Shown here: one piece after another, positions 35,775 to 43,832 of the stretch
Numbering within the stretch: the stretch's first letter is position 1
How the letters are laid out: each line of letters starts with the position of its first letter
Virus record (IMG/VR): IMGVR_UViG_3300028593_000003
DNA from: a virus
Lineage: Duplodnaviria > Caudoviricetes
Length of the DNA: 64,000 nucleotides
Reading direction: 5' to 3' (one strand)
Program-made: the position numbers and the translations under genes
The notes under the pieces: generated by a model
Told to the model about the DNA's origin: nothing
What the model saw: the letters and a program-made list of their open reading frames with translations, nothing else
Database searches by the model: none

Positions 35775-37241
35775 TTATGTAATATTTGAAAATCTTGTGA
35801 TACTTGAAGCTTGTGCTCCGGTTGAAAAATCCACCTTTAGCTTCGCAAAATCTGTGTATCTGTAATAAACATCCGCATCACCCGTGTCTACTGCGATTGT
35901 GACGGAGTTGAACCAAATCCTACCAAGGCCCAGAACATTCGGTCTTGTCCAAAAAGTAACTGTGGCAGAGGAAGAACCATAACTTGTATCGGATGTTCCA
36001 AAAGCCTCCAGAGCATACATCAATGACGAAATATACCCGAAATTGAACAAACTCTGGCCTGAACCATTGTCATTGTTTATAATCCCCACTCCTGCCAAAT
36101 TTATTCCGTATGTGTTTCTGTGGGAAATCGCCTTATCTCCCCTTGTTTTCCAATCCGTTTTGGTTTCATATCCACCTGAACCGGAAAATGCCGTGGTGTT
36201 TATCGGAAAACTTTCTAGCAGATACCAATCTGTAGTAATCAATGTAGAGGCAGACAGGCCGGCGTTCCAAGTTGAATTTGGATAGCTCGGATCATTTTCA
36301 GTTCCAATAATGTGATCCATATTCCATGCATTGACAAAACAGATATTGGAATATGTTCTTCCGTGAACATAATTTACTTTCTGGTTGAAATTGTCTCTCG
36401 GTATTCCGTGATCATATCCGCATTCATCCATAAAGATACCGTGAACCTGCATATCGTTCCATTGATCTGTCTTTGTCTGGAAATTCGCGTATGTCTGGTT
36501 ACAAGTTACATATCCAAATATTTTTGTCTGTGGGTTCAGAACTTTTATCCTGTTTATAATTGTATGTGCATTTTCGTGGTCACCGTGGGATGGGTCTTGA
36601 ATACCGTCACCAAAGATAATCAAATTATATCTCGCCATATCCTGTGCAACTTTCTCATTATCCCAGCTGTTTATTGCGTAATTGAATGAATTTGTCCACC
36701 CATAATAAATCAACAAATTCAGCGGCGCTTGGTATCCATATGACTTTATCTCTCTCCTGTGCCATCCCGTGTCACCGTGTATTACTTCCAGATTGAGAGT
36801 TCTTCCGAGATGCTCGACTTCCCTTCCACTCTCACCAAGTAATGGCTGAAATCCTTCTTCATATAATGGGTCGCCAGGAGCATTGTAAAACTCCTTCAAC
36901 ATCGTGAGAATGTCCATAAAGAGATTGGTAGCTTTTTTTCCCGTTGGTGTATCAGTAACAATCTCCGGTGTAAACTCTATAACTTCAGAACCATCTATCA
37001 AGAAAGCATTGTCATCAAATCTTGTCCTGAAGTATGCTTCTCCCTCAAGAGCGTTGGTATAGAACTTGGAACCGTCGCCTACCTGTAGATAACCATTCCT
37101 GATGGCTGTCAATGTATTATCGCTATTGATGAATGTATCCTGCCTACCTTCCGTGTTGAACTCCTGCCCGGAACTTATTGTTTTCCCCACATCAGATAAC
37201 AAAATAGAATTGTCAGTTACATTCTTCAAAATCTTTATCAT
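35775..37241 (-). CDS. Virion-associated protein with a glycoside-hydrolase-like TIM barrel (spherulin-4/GH114-like)
   Basis: KIFGYV, VHGIFMDE, FVNAW, YLLES pattern; within the structural module. Confidence 0.55.
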   Translation of the reverse strand: MIKILKNVTDNSILLSDVGKTISSGQEFNTEGRQDTFINSDNTLTAIRNGYLQVGDGSKFYTNALEGEAYFRTRFDDNAFLIDGSEVIEFTPEIVTDTPTGKKATNLFMDILTMLKEFYNAPGDPLYEEGFQPLLGESGREVEHLGRTLNLEVIHGDTGWHRREIKSYGYQAPLNLLIYYGWTNSFNYAINSWDNEKVAQDMARYNLIIFGDGIQDPSHGDHENAHTIINRIKVLNPQTKIFGYVTCNQTYANFQTKTDQWNDMQVHGIFMDECGYDHGIPRDNFNQKVNYVHGRTYSNICFVNAWNMDHIIGTENDPSYPNSTWNAGLSASTLITTDWYLLESFPINTTAFSGSGGYETKTDWKTRGDKAISHRNTYGINLAGVGIINNDNGSGQSLFNFGYISSLMYALEAFGTSDTSYGSSSATVTFWTRPNVLGLGRIWFNSVTIAVDTGDADVYYRYTDFAKLKVDFSTGAQASSITRFSNIT

Positions 37242-37925
37242 TTATTGCCTCCAAGCAACTTCCAAAACGACGATGGGATTGGACACCGCACCATCATCAC
37301 CCTCACAATGAACTTTCAACTGGTCACCGGCTGTCAAATTGATATTGCTACTCATATTTTCATATACGAGGCTGCTCAACGAAAAACTGGACAGTTCCAC
37401 ATCTCCACTCTGGATTTTGAAACCTTTTGAATTATTTCCACCGCTTGCCCTACAGGAAACTCCGGTTATAACAGCATTTTTGGGCATCTGATATGCCGTA
37501 GTTGAACCATAGACTGTCATAATTTTCAGATATTCATTATCAGCATCACCATCAAAAGCAAAAATATATGTCATCCTATATAATGTTCTCCATTTGCTTC
37601 GATCATCATCCCAAATATATCTCAAATTATCATTTGTATTCAGCCAGGTCATCGTCTTATCCGATGGTGGCGTGTCCTCTTCAAAAATAATCTCAATCTT
37701 CGTATTGAATACTGGGATTTCGTCATTATTTGATACAATGTCATCCAATTTTGTTTTATCTCCGGCTGATAACTCAACATCCCAAGTAATCTTCAACTCT
37801 TGAGAAGCTTCACTCCAATTGCAATACTGGATATTTTTATTGGACATATCGGAACTTGCAACATCATTATGAATACCGTCCATATATGGCTTCACACTTA
37901 TATCTGAATATGTATATGTAAACAT
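37242..37925 (-). CDS. Putative structural protein
   Basis: Beta-rich; P......W.NT....YIWD...KW module; within the fibre operon. Confidence 0.55.
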   Translation of the reverse strand: MFTYTYSDISVKPYMDGIHNDVASSDMSNKNIQYCNWSEASQELKITWDVELSAGDKTKLDDIVSNNDEIPVFNTKIEIIFEEDTPPSDKTMTWLNTNDNLRYIWDDDRSKWRTLYRMTYIFAFDGDADNEYLKIMTVYGSTTAYQMPKNAVITGVSCRASGGNNSKGFKIQSGDVELSSFSLSSLVYENMSSNINLTAGDQLKVHCEGDDGAVSNPIVVLEVAWRQ

Positions 37926-38752
37926 TATGATCTCCTCATTATGAATATTCTTGCTCGCCTAATCATCGCCGTACCAACACCACCAACTCTTGCATATTTT
38001 ATATTGAACGCGTATGATGAAGAAGCCACAAGGGCGTTGTTCTTGAAACTTGAATATACTCTATATTCATTGGCAGACGATGGTGAATAATATGATACAT
38101 TGATTTCAGTACCATCTCTGTCAAATTCAAGCACAGTTGATTTAGCCGCATTGGTATTTGCCACCTCGGCCGAGAAGAAAATAATGTAATTTCCTGAAGC
38201 CGTGGGTGTATAATTGAGTGTCAATTTTGTTTGTAATGCTGTATCAGTTGTTGTGCTTTCAGTTTCATCTTCTGCATAATCATTTGTGCTATATCCACTC
38301 GTTCCTGATGAACCAGAAGTGCCAGAAGAACCGCTTGTTCCACTTGAACCGCTCGTACCTGATGAGCCAGAACTACCCGATGTTCCACTCGAACCGCTGG
38401 TTCCTGATGATCCACTACTACCTGAAGTTCCACTTGAACCTGAAGTGCCACTTGAGCCCGATGTTCCAGAGCTTCCTGATGTTCCACTACTTCCCGATGT
38501 TCCAGAGGAACCAGAGGTGCCAGAACTGCCAGATGTTCCAGACCCGGCACCCGATGTGCCAGATGTTCCGGACGAACCCGATGTTCCACCGGCTCCTGTC
38601 GCAGCAATCCAACCAGTATCACCACCAACATAAAGAATATTGTTGGGATCATCCCACACAAGCCTACCTTCATCTTCCGGTGTCCAAGCCGGCATTACAC
38701 TCACTTTCTGTATTGTTACTTTGCCTTTTCCTGTAAATCCGTATGTTCTCAT
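37925..38752 (-). CDS. Fibre protein with a long (G-T-S/G-S-S)n tract
   Basis: Shared N-terminal module, about 100 aa of Gly-X-Y, C-terminal beta domain. Confidence 0.7.
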   Translation of the reverse strand: MRTYGFTGKGKVTIQKVSVMPAWTPEDEGRLVWDDPNNILYVGGDTGWIAATGAGGTSGSSGTSGTSGAGSGTSGSSGTSGSSGTSGSSGTSGSSGTSGSSGTSGSSGTSGSSGSSGTSGSSGTSGSSGSSGTSGSSGTSGSSGTSGSSGTSGYSTNDYAEDETESTTTDTALQTKLTLNYTPTASGNYIIFFSAEVANTNAAKSTVLEFDRDGTEINVSYYSPSSANEYRVYSSFKNNALVASSSYAFNIKYARVGGVGTAMIRRARIFIMRRS

Positions 38753-38762
38753 TCTTTACCTA

Positions 38763-41700
38763 TCAAAGTTTGATAATATAATTCATCGTTATATATGGTT
38801 GCATATTGTTATGTGCCACACCACCACCCGTATAGCCTGTATTTGTGGGATAAGCCGCATATTGATTTACACCGCCACCTATTATTGAATTAAAGCCAGA
38901 CCATAATGGTTGATTATATGTATGGGTATGACTTGGCATTTCAGCGGTAGAAAGGGTATGATTTTCTTCTCCACCACTTCCCGCGATAAGATCGGCCGAG
39001 GCGGCAGTTACTCTATTTGCAGAACTTCCACCCATATTGTCTTTACCAAGTGGCACTCTGCCTCTCAAGTCAGGAAGCGGCATCCTCTTGTTTGCAGCAA
39101 AATCTGTGGCCGCAGTTACACCCCTTGTCGTTGGAGACCCCGCACTATCTTGAATTACAAGTTCTGTATTTGTAGTTGAGTTCCAGAGAAGTTCAAACAA
39201 TGTCTGTGTATCTGCATTTGCTCTTCCAGTTGCGCCAGAAGAAACACTACCGATTGTCTTACCATCAGAGAGAAGCCATCCAGTTGGCGCCACCGTTCCG
39301 ATATATGGGAACAGAACGCCTGTCGGTGTCAAATCACCTGAGACACCACTTGTTCCGGATGTTCCAGAACTACCATATGTTCCGATTGTTCCAACTCCAC
39401 CAACGACAGAGCAGATACCGGAAACCGGAGTAGAAAATGTTATCTCGATATTGTTCTCGTCAATGAACTCTATACTCTGTGGCTCAATATAAAAATCATC
39501 ACTCGTGCATTGGACATTGACATATTTTACACCGAGATTGTGGGTAATATCCCATGCGGTTACCGGAGAGGAGAATGTATATATCAGTTCCCCAACAACC
39601 AGACCACCACCGGAAGAAATAAATGCGTGACCCGATACTGCCTCAGAGAATGTTATCGTAAGATTATTCTCATCATCAAATTTGATACTGTCAGGAAGTA
39701 TAGTATACGCATCACCATCGGTAACTTCAACAACACAGTATTGACAATTCAAAATATGGTTGATAGACCAAGTTGATGCCGGTACTGTTTGGGTGTGAAG
39801 ATATCCTCTACCACTTGTACCGGATGTTCCTGCTGTTCCACTCGTTCCACTTGTTCCTGTTTGCCCTCTATTACCGATACCGAGAACAACTTCATCCTCA
39901 TCGTTCAATGTTCCGTGACCAACAAGATATGCCACATTGAATTTGTAATATCCGGCAGCCGATGTTGGTGCACTCAAAAGTAAATAGTCGTGAAAAATCT
40001 CCACACTATTCTGGTTCATTATTCTGACAGCATTGCTATCGACAAGACTTGCAATCCAAGCCTCGACATCCACGGCAAATCTATTCAGAGTGTCAACATA
40101 AATGTATGTTGCGAGTGACGGGTCTGAATTGTTCAATTTGATATGCCCGCTTGGTGGGTCACTATCTGTAGTGTTATCATCAAACCAGTACAAATGTGCA
40201 TTTGCACCAAGACCTGCGAGACCGGATGTTCCGGAAGTTCCCGCATCACCCGTTGGAACAAAACCAATCTGAAGGTCATCATCTTCCCTGAATGCACCGG
40301 AAACTGCCGGTGAACTTGAGGCAATCAGACCAACGTGAAGTTTCCTGTATTGTGGGTCAATATCAGTCGTTCCGTTTATTTCAAAGTATACATAATCACT
40401 TTCATCGTGATCTCTCCAAATCTTGACATAACCCTTTGACCACAATGATGTACTGTCATCCATCAAGTCAATCCAAGAAGTCAAATCCTGACCATATCTG
40501 TCCATAAGGTCGATATAAATCCTTGTGACTGATGAAAATGTTGTGCTGTTAAACTTCAGATGGCCGATATTCGGGTCACCGTCTGAAGTATCGTCCTCAA
40601 ATCTGTATGGTATACCCCAGGCAGCCGAGAAACCACTTGTTCCACTTGAACCGGATGTTCCACTTTCTCCGCTTGAGCCCGATGTTCCCGAGCTTCCCGA
40701 TGTTCCATCAGCCCCATCAAATCCGGAAGTGCCGGAAGTTCCGTCTATACCGGAAGTTCCTGCTGTTCCCGATGTGCCGGAAGTGCCATCAATACCCGAT
40801 GTGCCCGATGTTCCGGATGTTGCTGATGTTCCTGATGTTCCCGCCGTTCCACTTGAACCGGACGAACCGGATGTTCCTGATGTTCCCGCCGTTCCACTTG
40901 AACCGGAGCTTCCACTTGAACCGGATGAACCGGAAATACCAGAGGTTCCGTCTATACCAGAGGTTCCAGAACTTCCTGATGTTCCCCAACCTGATGTACC
41001 GGAAGAACCCGAGCTTCCCGATGAACCACTACTGCCGGAAGAGCCACTTGAACCGGAACTACCACTTGAACCGGAACTACCACTCGTTCCCGCCGTTCCA
41101 GAAGTTCCAGAAGTTCCTGAAGTTCCTGAAGTACCGGAACTTCCGCTCATTCCCGATGTACCAGAGGTTCCACTTGAACCACTTGATCCACTTGTTCCAC
41201 TCGTACCCGATGTTCCAGAGGTTCCATCATCTCCGGTTGGTGTCATCGTGAGAACGATTTTCTCACCGGAGCTGAAAAGAGCACCGCTGAAACCAACACA
41301 GGATACCCAAAATCTCTTGTACCCTGAGCGGGCTGTCAATCCAGTTATGTTGTAAAGAACAAACTTCGTTGGATTGGCTTCTGAAAAAATCTTGATAAGT
41401 GAATTGTTGTTTGATAGTGTAAAAATATCAAGCCAATCTTCAAGATTTGCACCATTATCATCCCAAAAACTTACATTGATACGGGATACAGATGTATAAG
41501 CCGTATTATTGAAGAGGAGTTTACCGGATGTTGGGTCTGCATCGGATGTTGACGAATTGAATGAGTAAAGGGCGCTTGCTCCACCGAACAAACCATCAGC
41601 ACCGGAAGTACCTGATGAGCCCGATGTTCCCGCAGAACCGGCAAGGCCCGATGTTCCTGAAGTTCCACTTGAACCGCTTGAACCGGACGAACCTGATGTT

Positions 41701-42938
41701 CCTGAGCTTCCAGATGTTCCACTTGTTCCGGCTGTTCCCGATGTTCCTGAAGTGCCGGAAGTTCCTACTGCACCACCACCACTTACGAAAGTCGCGCTTC
41801 CCGAAACTGGAATATCGAATGTCAATATTACATTGTCATCATCGACATAGAGAACATCTCCGGGCTCAATACCATACCCATCGCCGTTCATTACTGCTAC
41901 GGCAACTGGTTGTACTCCAAGGCCGTGATAGATAGACCATCCAGTAGACGGTACTGATTGTGTATAAGTAAACGCACCACCGATAGCAGATACACCCGAT
42001 GTTCCTGTTCCCGCAATAATTCTTGCGTGACCAGAAACTTCTTCAGAGAATGTAATCCAGAGATTGTTACTGTCCTCAAAAAGTATACCGGATGGGATGA
42101 TATACATATCATCTTCATCAGCCACTTCGACAATTACATACTGCTCTCCGAGGTTATGTGTGACATACCACGCTGAGGATGGTACTGATTGTGTATGAAG
42201 ATATCCGCCCGGGAATGTAGTTTCGCCGGAAGTTCCTGATGAGCCGGATGTTCCATCTATACCTGATGTACCGGAACTGCCACTTGTACCGGATGAACCG
42301 GATGTTCCATCACCTGATGTACCGGAGCTTCCACTTGTACCGGAGCCCGCAACAATCTTGGCTTGGCCAGCAATATCTGATGGAAATGTAATTACAAGAT
42401 TGTTACTGTCAATATACTGAATTTCAGAAGGAATAATAAAAAGGTCGCTATCGTCTGAAACCTCGACAACAACATATTTATCACCGAGATTGTGTGTTAC
42501 AGACCAGGCAGAAGAAGCGACAGATTGAGTAAAGAGATACCCGCCGGGGTATGTTGTTTCGCCGGAAGTACCGGAACTGCCCGAGGTGCCAGCTGGGCCT
42601 GTAAGACCCATAGCACCGGATGTTCCTGATGTTCCTGATGTTCCTGATGACCCATCAATACCCCGCCTGAAAATATCAATATTCTCATAACGGGTTTCAC
42701 CAACGACAATATCGAATTTCTGTGTGGTGACATAATCACCATCATCTACATAGAAATTGAAAAGGCCGTAAGCATCGGATTCCAGTTGTGGAGCAATTTG
42801 AATTGCCGTTCCACCAGTTTGCTCGAGATAGACCTTGGCCGCTGTCGTGGTTCCGGCCAAGTATACGGAAACATCAACTCCTTCCAATACATTTCCGTAA
42901 CTATCTCTCGACCTACCAATAAAATGATATCTTGCCAT
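38763..42938 (-). CDS. 1391-aa modular fibre protein with GTS collagen-like tracts and a C-terminal tail-collar domain
   Basis: Five W.(V/I).H.L repeats, three D.DP..G...(F/L)N domains, APTGWLLSDG..LPDLRGR..MPSHTH..HNNMQPY collar. Confidence 0.8.
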   Translation of the reverse strand: MARYHFIGRSRDSYGNVLEGVDVSVYLAGTTTAAKVYLEQTGGTAIQIAPQLESDAYGLFNFYVDDGDYVTTQKFDIVVGETRYENIDIFRRGIDGSSGTSGTSGTSGAMGLTGPAGTSGSSGTSGETTYPGGYLFTQSVASSAWSVTHNLGDKYVVVEVSDDSDLFIIPSEIQYIDSNNLVITFPSDIAGQAKIVAGSGTSGSSGTSGDGTSGSSGTSGSSGTSGIDGTSGSSGTSGETTFPGGYLHTQSVPSSAWYVTHNLGEQYVIVEVADEDDMYIIPSGILFEDSNNLWITFSEEVSGHARIIAGTGTSGVSAIGGAFTYTQSVPSTGWSIYHGLGVQPVAVAVMNGDGYGIEPGDVLYVDDDNVILTFDIPVSGSATFVSGGGAVGTSGTSGTSGTAGTSGTSGSSGTSGSSGSSGSSGTSGTSGLAGSAGTSGSSGTSGADGLFGGASALYSFNSSTSDADPTSGKLLFNNTAYTSVSRINVSFWDDNGANLEDWLDIFTLSNNNSLIKIFSEANPTKFVLYNITGLTARSGYKRFWVSCVGFSGALFSSGEKIVLTMTPTGDDGTSGTSGTSGTSGSSGSSGTSGTSGMSGSSGTSGTSGTSGTSGTAGTSGSSGSSGSSGSSGSSGSSGSSGSSGSSGTSGWGTSGSSGTSGIDGTSGISGSSGSSGSSGSSGTAGTSGTSGSSGSSGTAGTSGTSATSGTSGTSGIDGTSGTSGTAGTSGIDGTSGTSGFDGADGTSGSSGTSGSSGESGTSGSSGTSGFSAAWGIPYRFEDDTSDGDPNIGHLKFNSTTFSSVTRIYIDLMDRYGQDLTSWIDLMDDSTSLWSKGYVKIWRDHDESDYVYFEINGTTDIDPQYRKLHVGLIASSSPAVSGAFREDDDLQIGFVPTGDAGTSGTSGLAGLGANAHLYWFDDNTTDSDPPSGHIKLNNSDPSLATYIYVDTLNRFAVDVEAWIASLVDSNAVRIMNQNSVEIFHDYLLLSAPTSAAGYYKFNVAYLVGHGTLNDEDEVVLGIGNRGQTGTSGTSGTAGTSGTSGRGYLHTQTVPASTWSINHILNCQYCVVEVTDGDAYTILPDSIKFDDENNLTITFSEAVSGHAFISSGGGLVVGELIYTFSSPVTAWDITHNLGVKYVNVQCTSDDFYIEPQSIEFIDENNIEITFSTPVSGICSVVGGVGTIGTYGSSGTSGTSGVSGDLTPTGVLFPYIGTVAPTGWLLSDGKTIGSVSSGATGRANADTQTLFELLWNSTTNTELVIQDSAGSPTTRGVTAATDFAANKRMPLPDLRGRVPLGKDNMGGSSANRVTAASADLIAGSGGEENHTLSTAEMPSHTHTYNQPLWSGFNSIIGGGVNQYAAYPTNTGYTGGGVAHNNMQPYITMNYIIKL

Positions 42939-43078
42939 TAGAATATATCCCCAATTCCCTGAGCGCTAATGAAATCCACCAATACTTTATACATTGGATG
43001 GTTGTCATCGAAGCTTCTTATTTCGTAATTCAAACACAATGAGACATTCTCAAATGTATAAAAAAAGTTATAGCTCAT
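42938..43078 (-). CDS. 46-aa small ORF, not in the ORF track
   Basis: MSYNFFYTFENVSLCLNYEIRSFDDNHPMYKVLVDFISAQGIGDIF; fills the gap exactly, with a TAATG overlap to the fibre gene. Confidence 0.5.
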   Translation of the reverse strand: MSYNFFYTFENVSLCLNYEIRSFDDNHPMYKVLVDFISAQGIGDIF

Positions 43079-43373
43079 TTACCACCACCCTTGTCTTGTG
43101 ATAAAAGGTATAGGTGCTCGTAGCTGTTTTTACAATTCTCCAAATAACATCGTACTCGCTGGGAGTTGCTGTTACAATCGGAGTAAGTAAAAAGTATATC
43201 TTGTAACCATCTACCATAGCCTGGCCTTCCGTCCAGACGGTACGACCAGTATAAATGTCCACAACTTTCGCGTAAGCCGCATCAGGAAATACGGGGTCAT
43301 CATTCTGATCCCTCACAAGTATCTCTATAGCTCTTGTCTCGTTTTGATTTACCGTAAGGTAAGTTTGGCTCAT
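43068..43373 (-). CDS. Small Ig-like structural protein candidate
   Basis: Beta-strand pattern; structural operon. Confidence 0.45.
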   Translation of the reverse strand: MSQTYLTVNQNETRAIEILVRDQNDDPVFPDAAYAKVVDIYTGRTVWTEGQAMVDGYKIYFLLTPIVTATPSEYDVIWRIVKTATSTYTFYHKTRVVVNEL

Positions 43374-43768
43374 TCCTCAAATTCTATAAAGTTTTCCAGA
43401 AACGGGAAATCAGCCGGAGCGAGAACTCCCGCTGGCAAACTGTCCAGTTTTATTTTTATCTTGTCCAGACCGAGTTCAACATCAATATCCAGCAAGTCAA
43501 TCATATCCTTGTTGAAGTCTTGGATGTTTTCCGGTGGAACACTATACTGATTATTTTCAATTTTTGGTTTTCCGTTATCGTCCTTAGCACAATGGTTCTC
43601 GATAACCCTCTGTTTCGCCTCACTATAGAGCCTGAACTGCTCGTCCAGAGCCTTTGTGAGCTTCGCAATCTGATAACTTGTTTTCACCGGAAGCTCTCTT
43701 GATTTGATAAGATTTACGAGAATGTCCGTCCTTGACAACGCTTCCAACACCGAATTTTTGATAACCAT
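43370..43768 (-). CDS. DUF1617-like phage protein
   Basis: LPVK.SY.IAK, Y.E.K..VI...C.KD..G, F...M..LL. Confidence 0.55.
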   Translation of the reverse strand: MVIKNSVLEALSRTDILVNLIKSRELPVKTSYQIAKLTKALDEQFRLYSEAKQRVIENHCAKDDNGKPKIENNQYSVPPENIQDFNKDMIDLLDIDVELGLDKIKIKLDSLPAGVLAPADFPFLENFIEFEE

Positions 43769-43819
43769 AAAAAACCTCCTACAGTTTTATTCAATAGATA
43801 TTTATGAAAATATCTATGT

Positions 43820-43827
43820 TATTTATA
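43820..43827 (-). promoter_or_regulatory. T4-type late promoter TATAAATA
   Basis: Exact motif; a CATAAATA variant lies at 43799-43806. Confidence 0.7.
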
Positions 43828-43832
43828 TCCTT

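Noticed and set aside
38290-41230. Short-period DNA repeats resembling a CRISPR array or VNTR
   Set aside because: 9/18-nt periodicity with synonymous variation inside coding frames; no constant repeat with unique spacers, and no cas genes.
33590-41355. Plus-strand ORFs rich in PDVPEVP/PDEP repeats (33590, 38286, 40525 and others)
   Set aside because: They are the antisense shadow of the GTS/GSS codons of the minus-strand fibre genes, with no independent expression signals.
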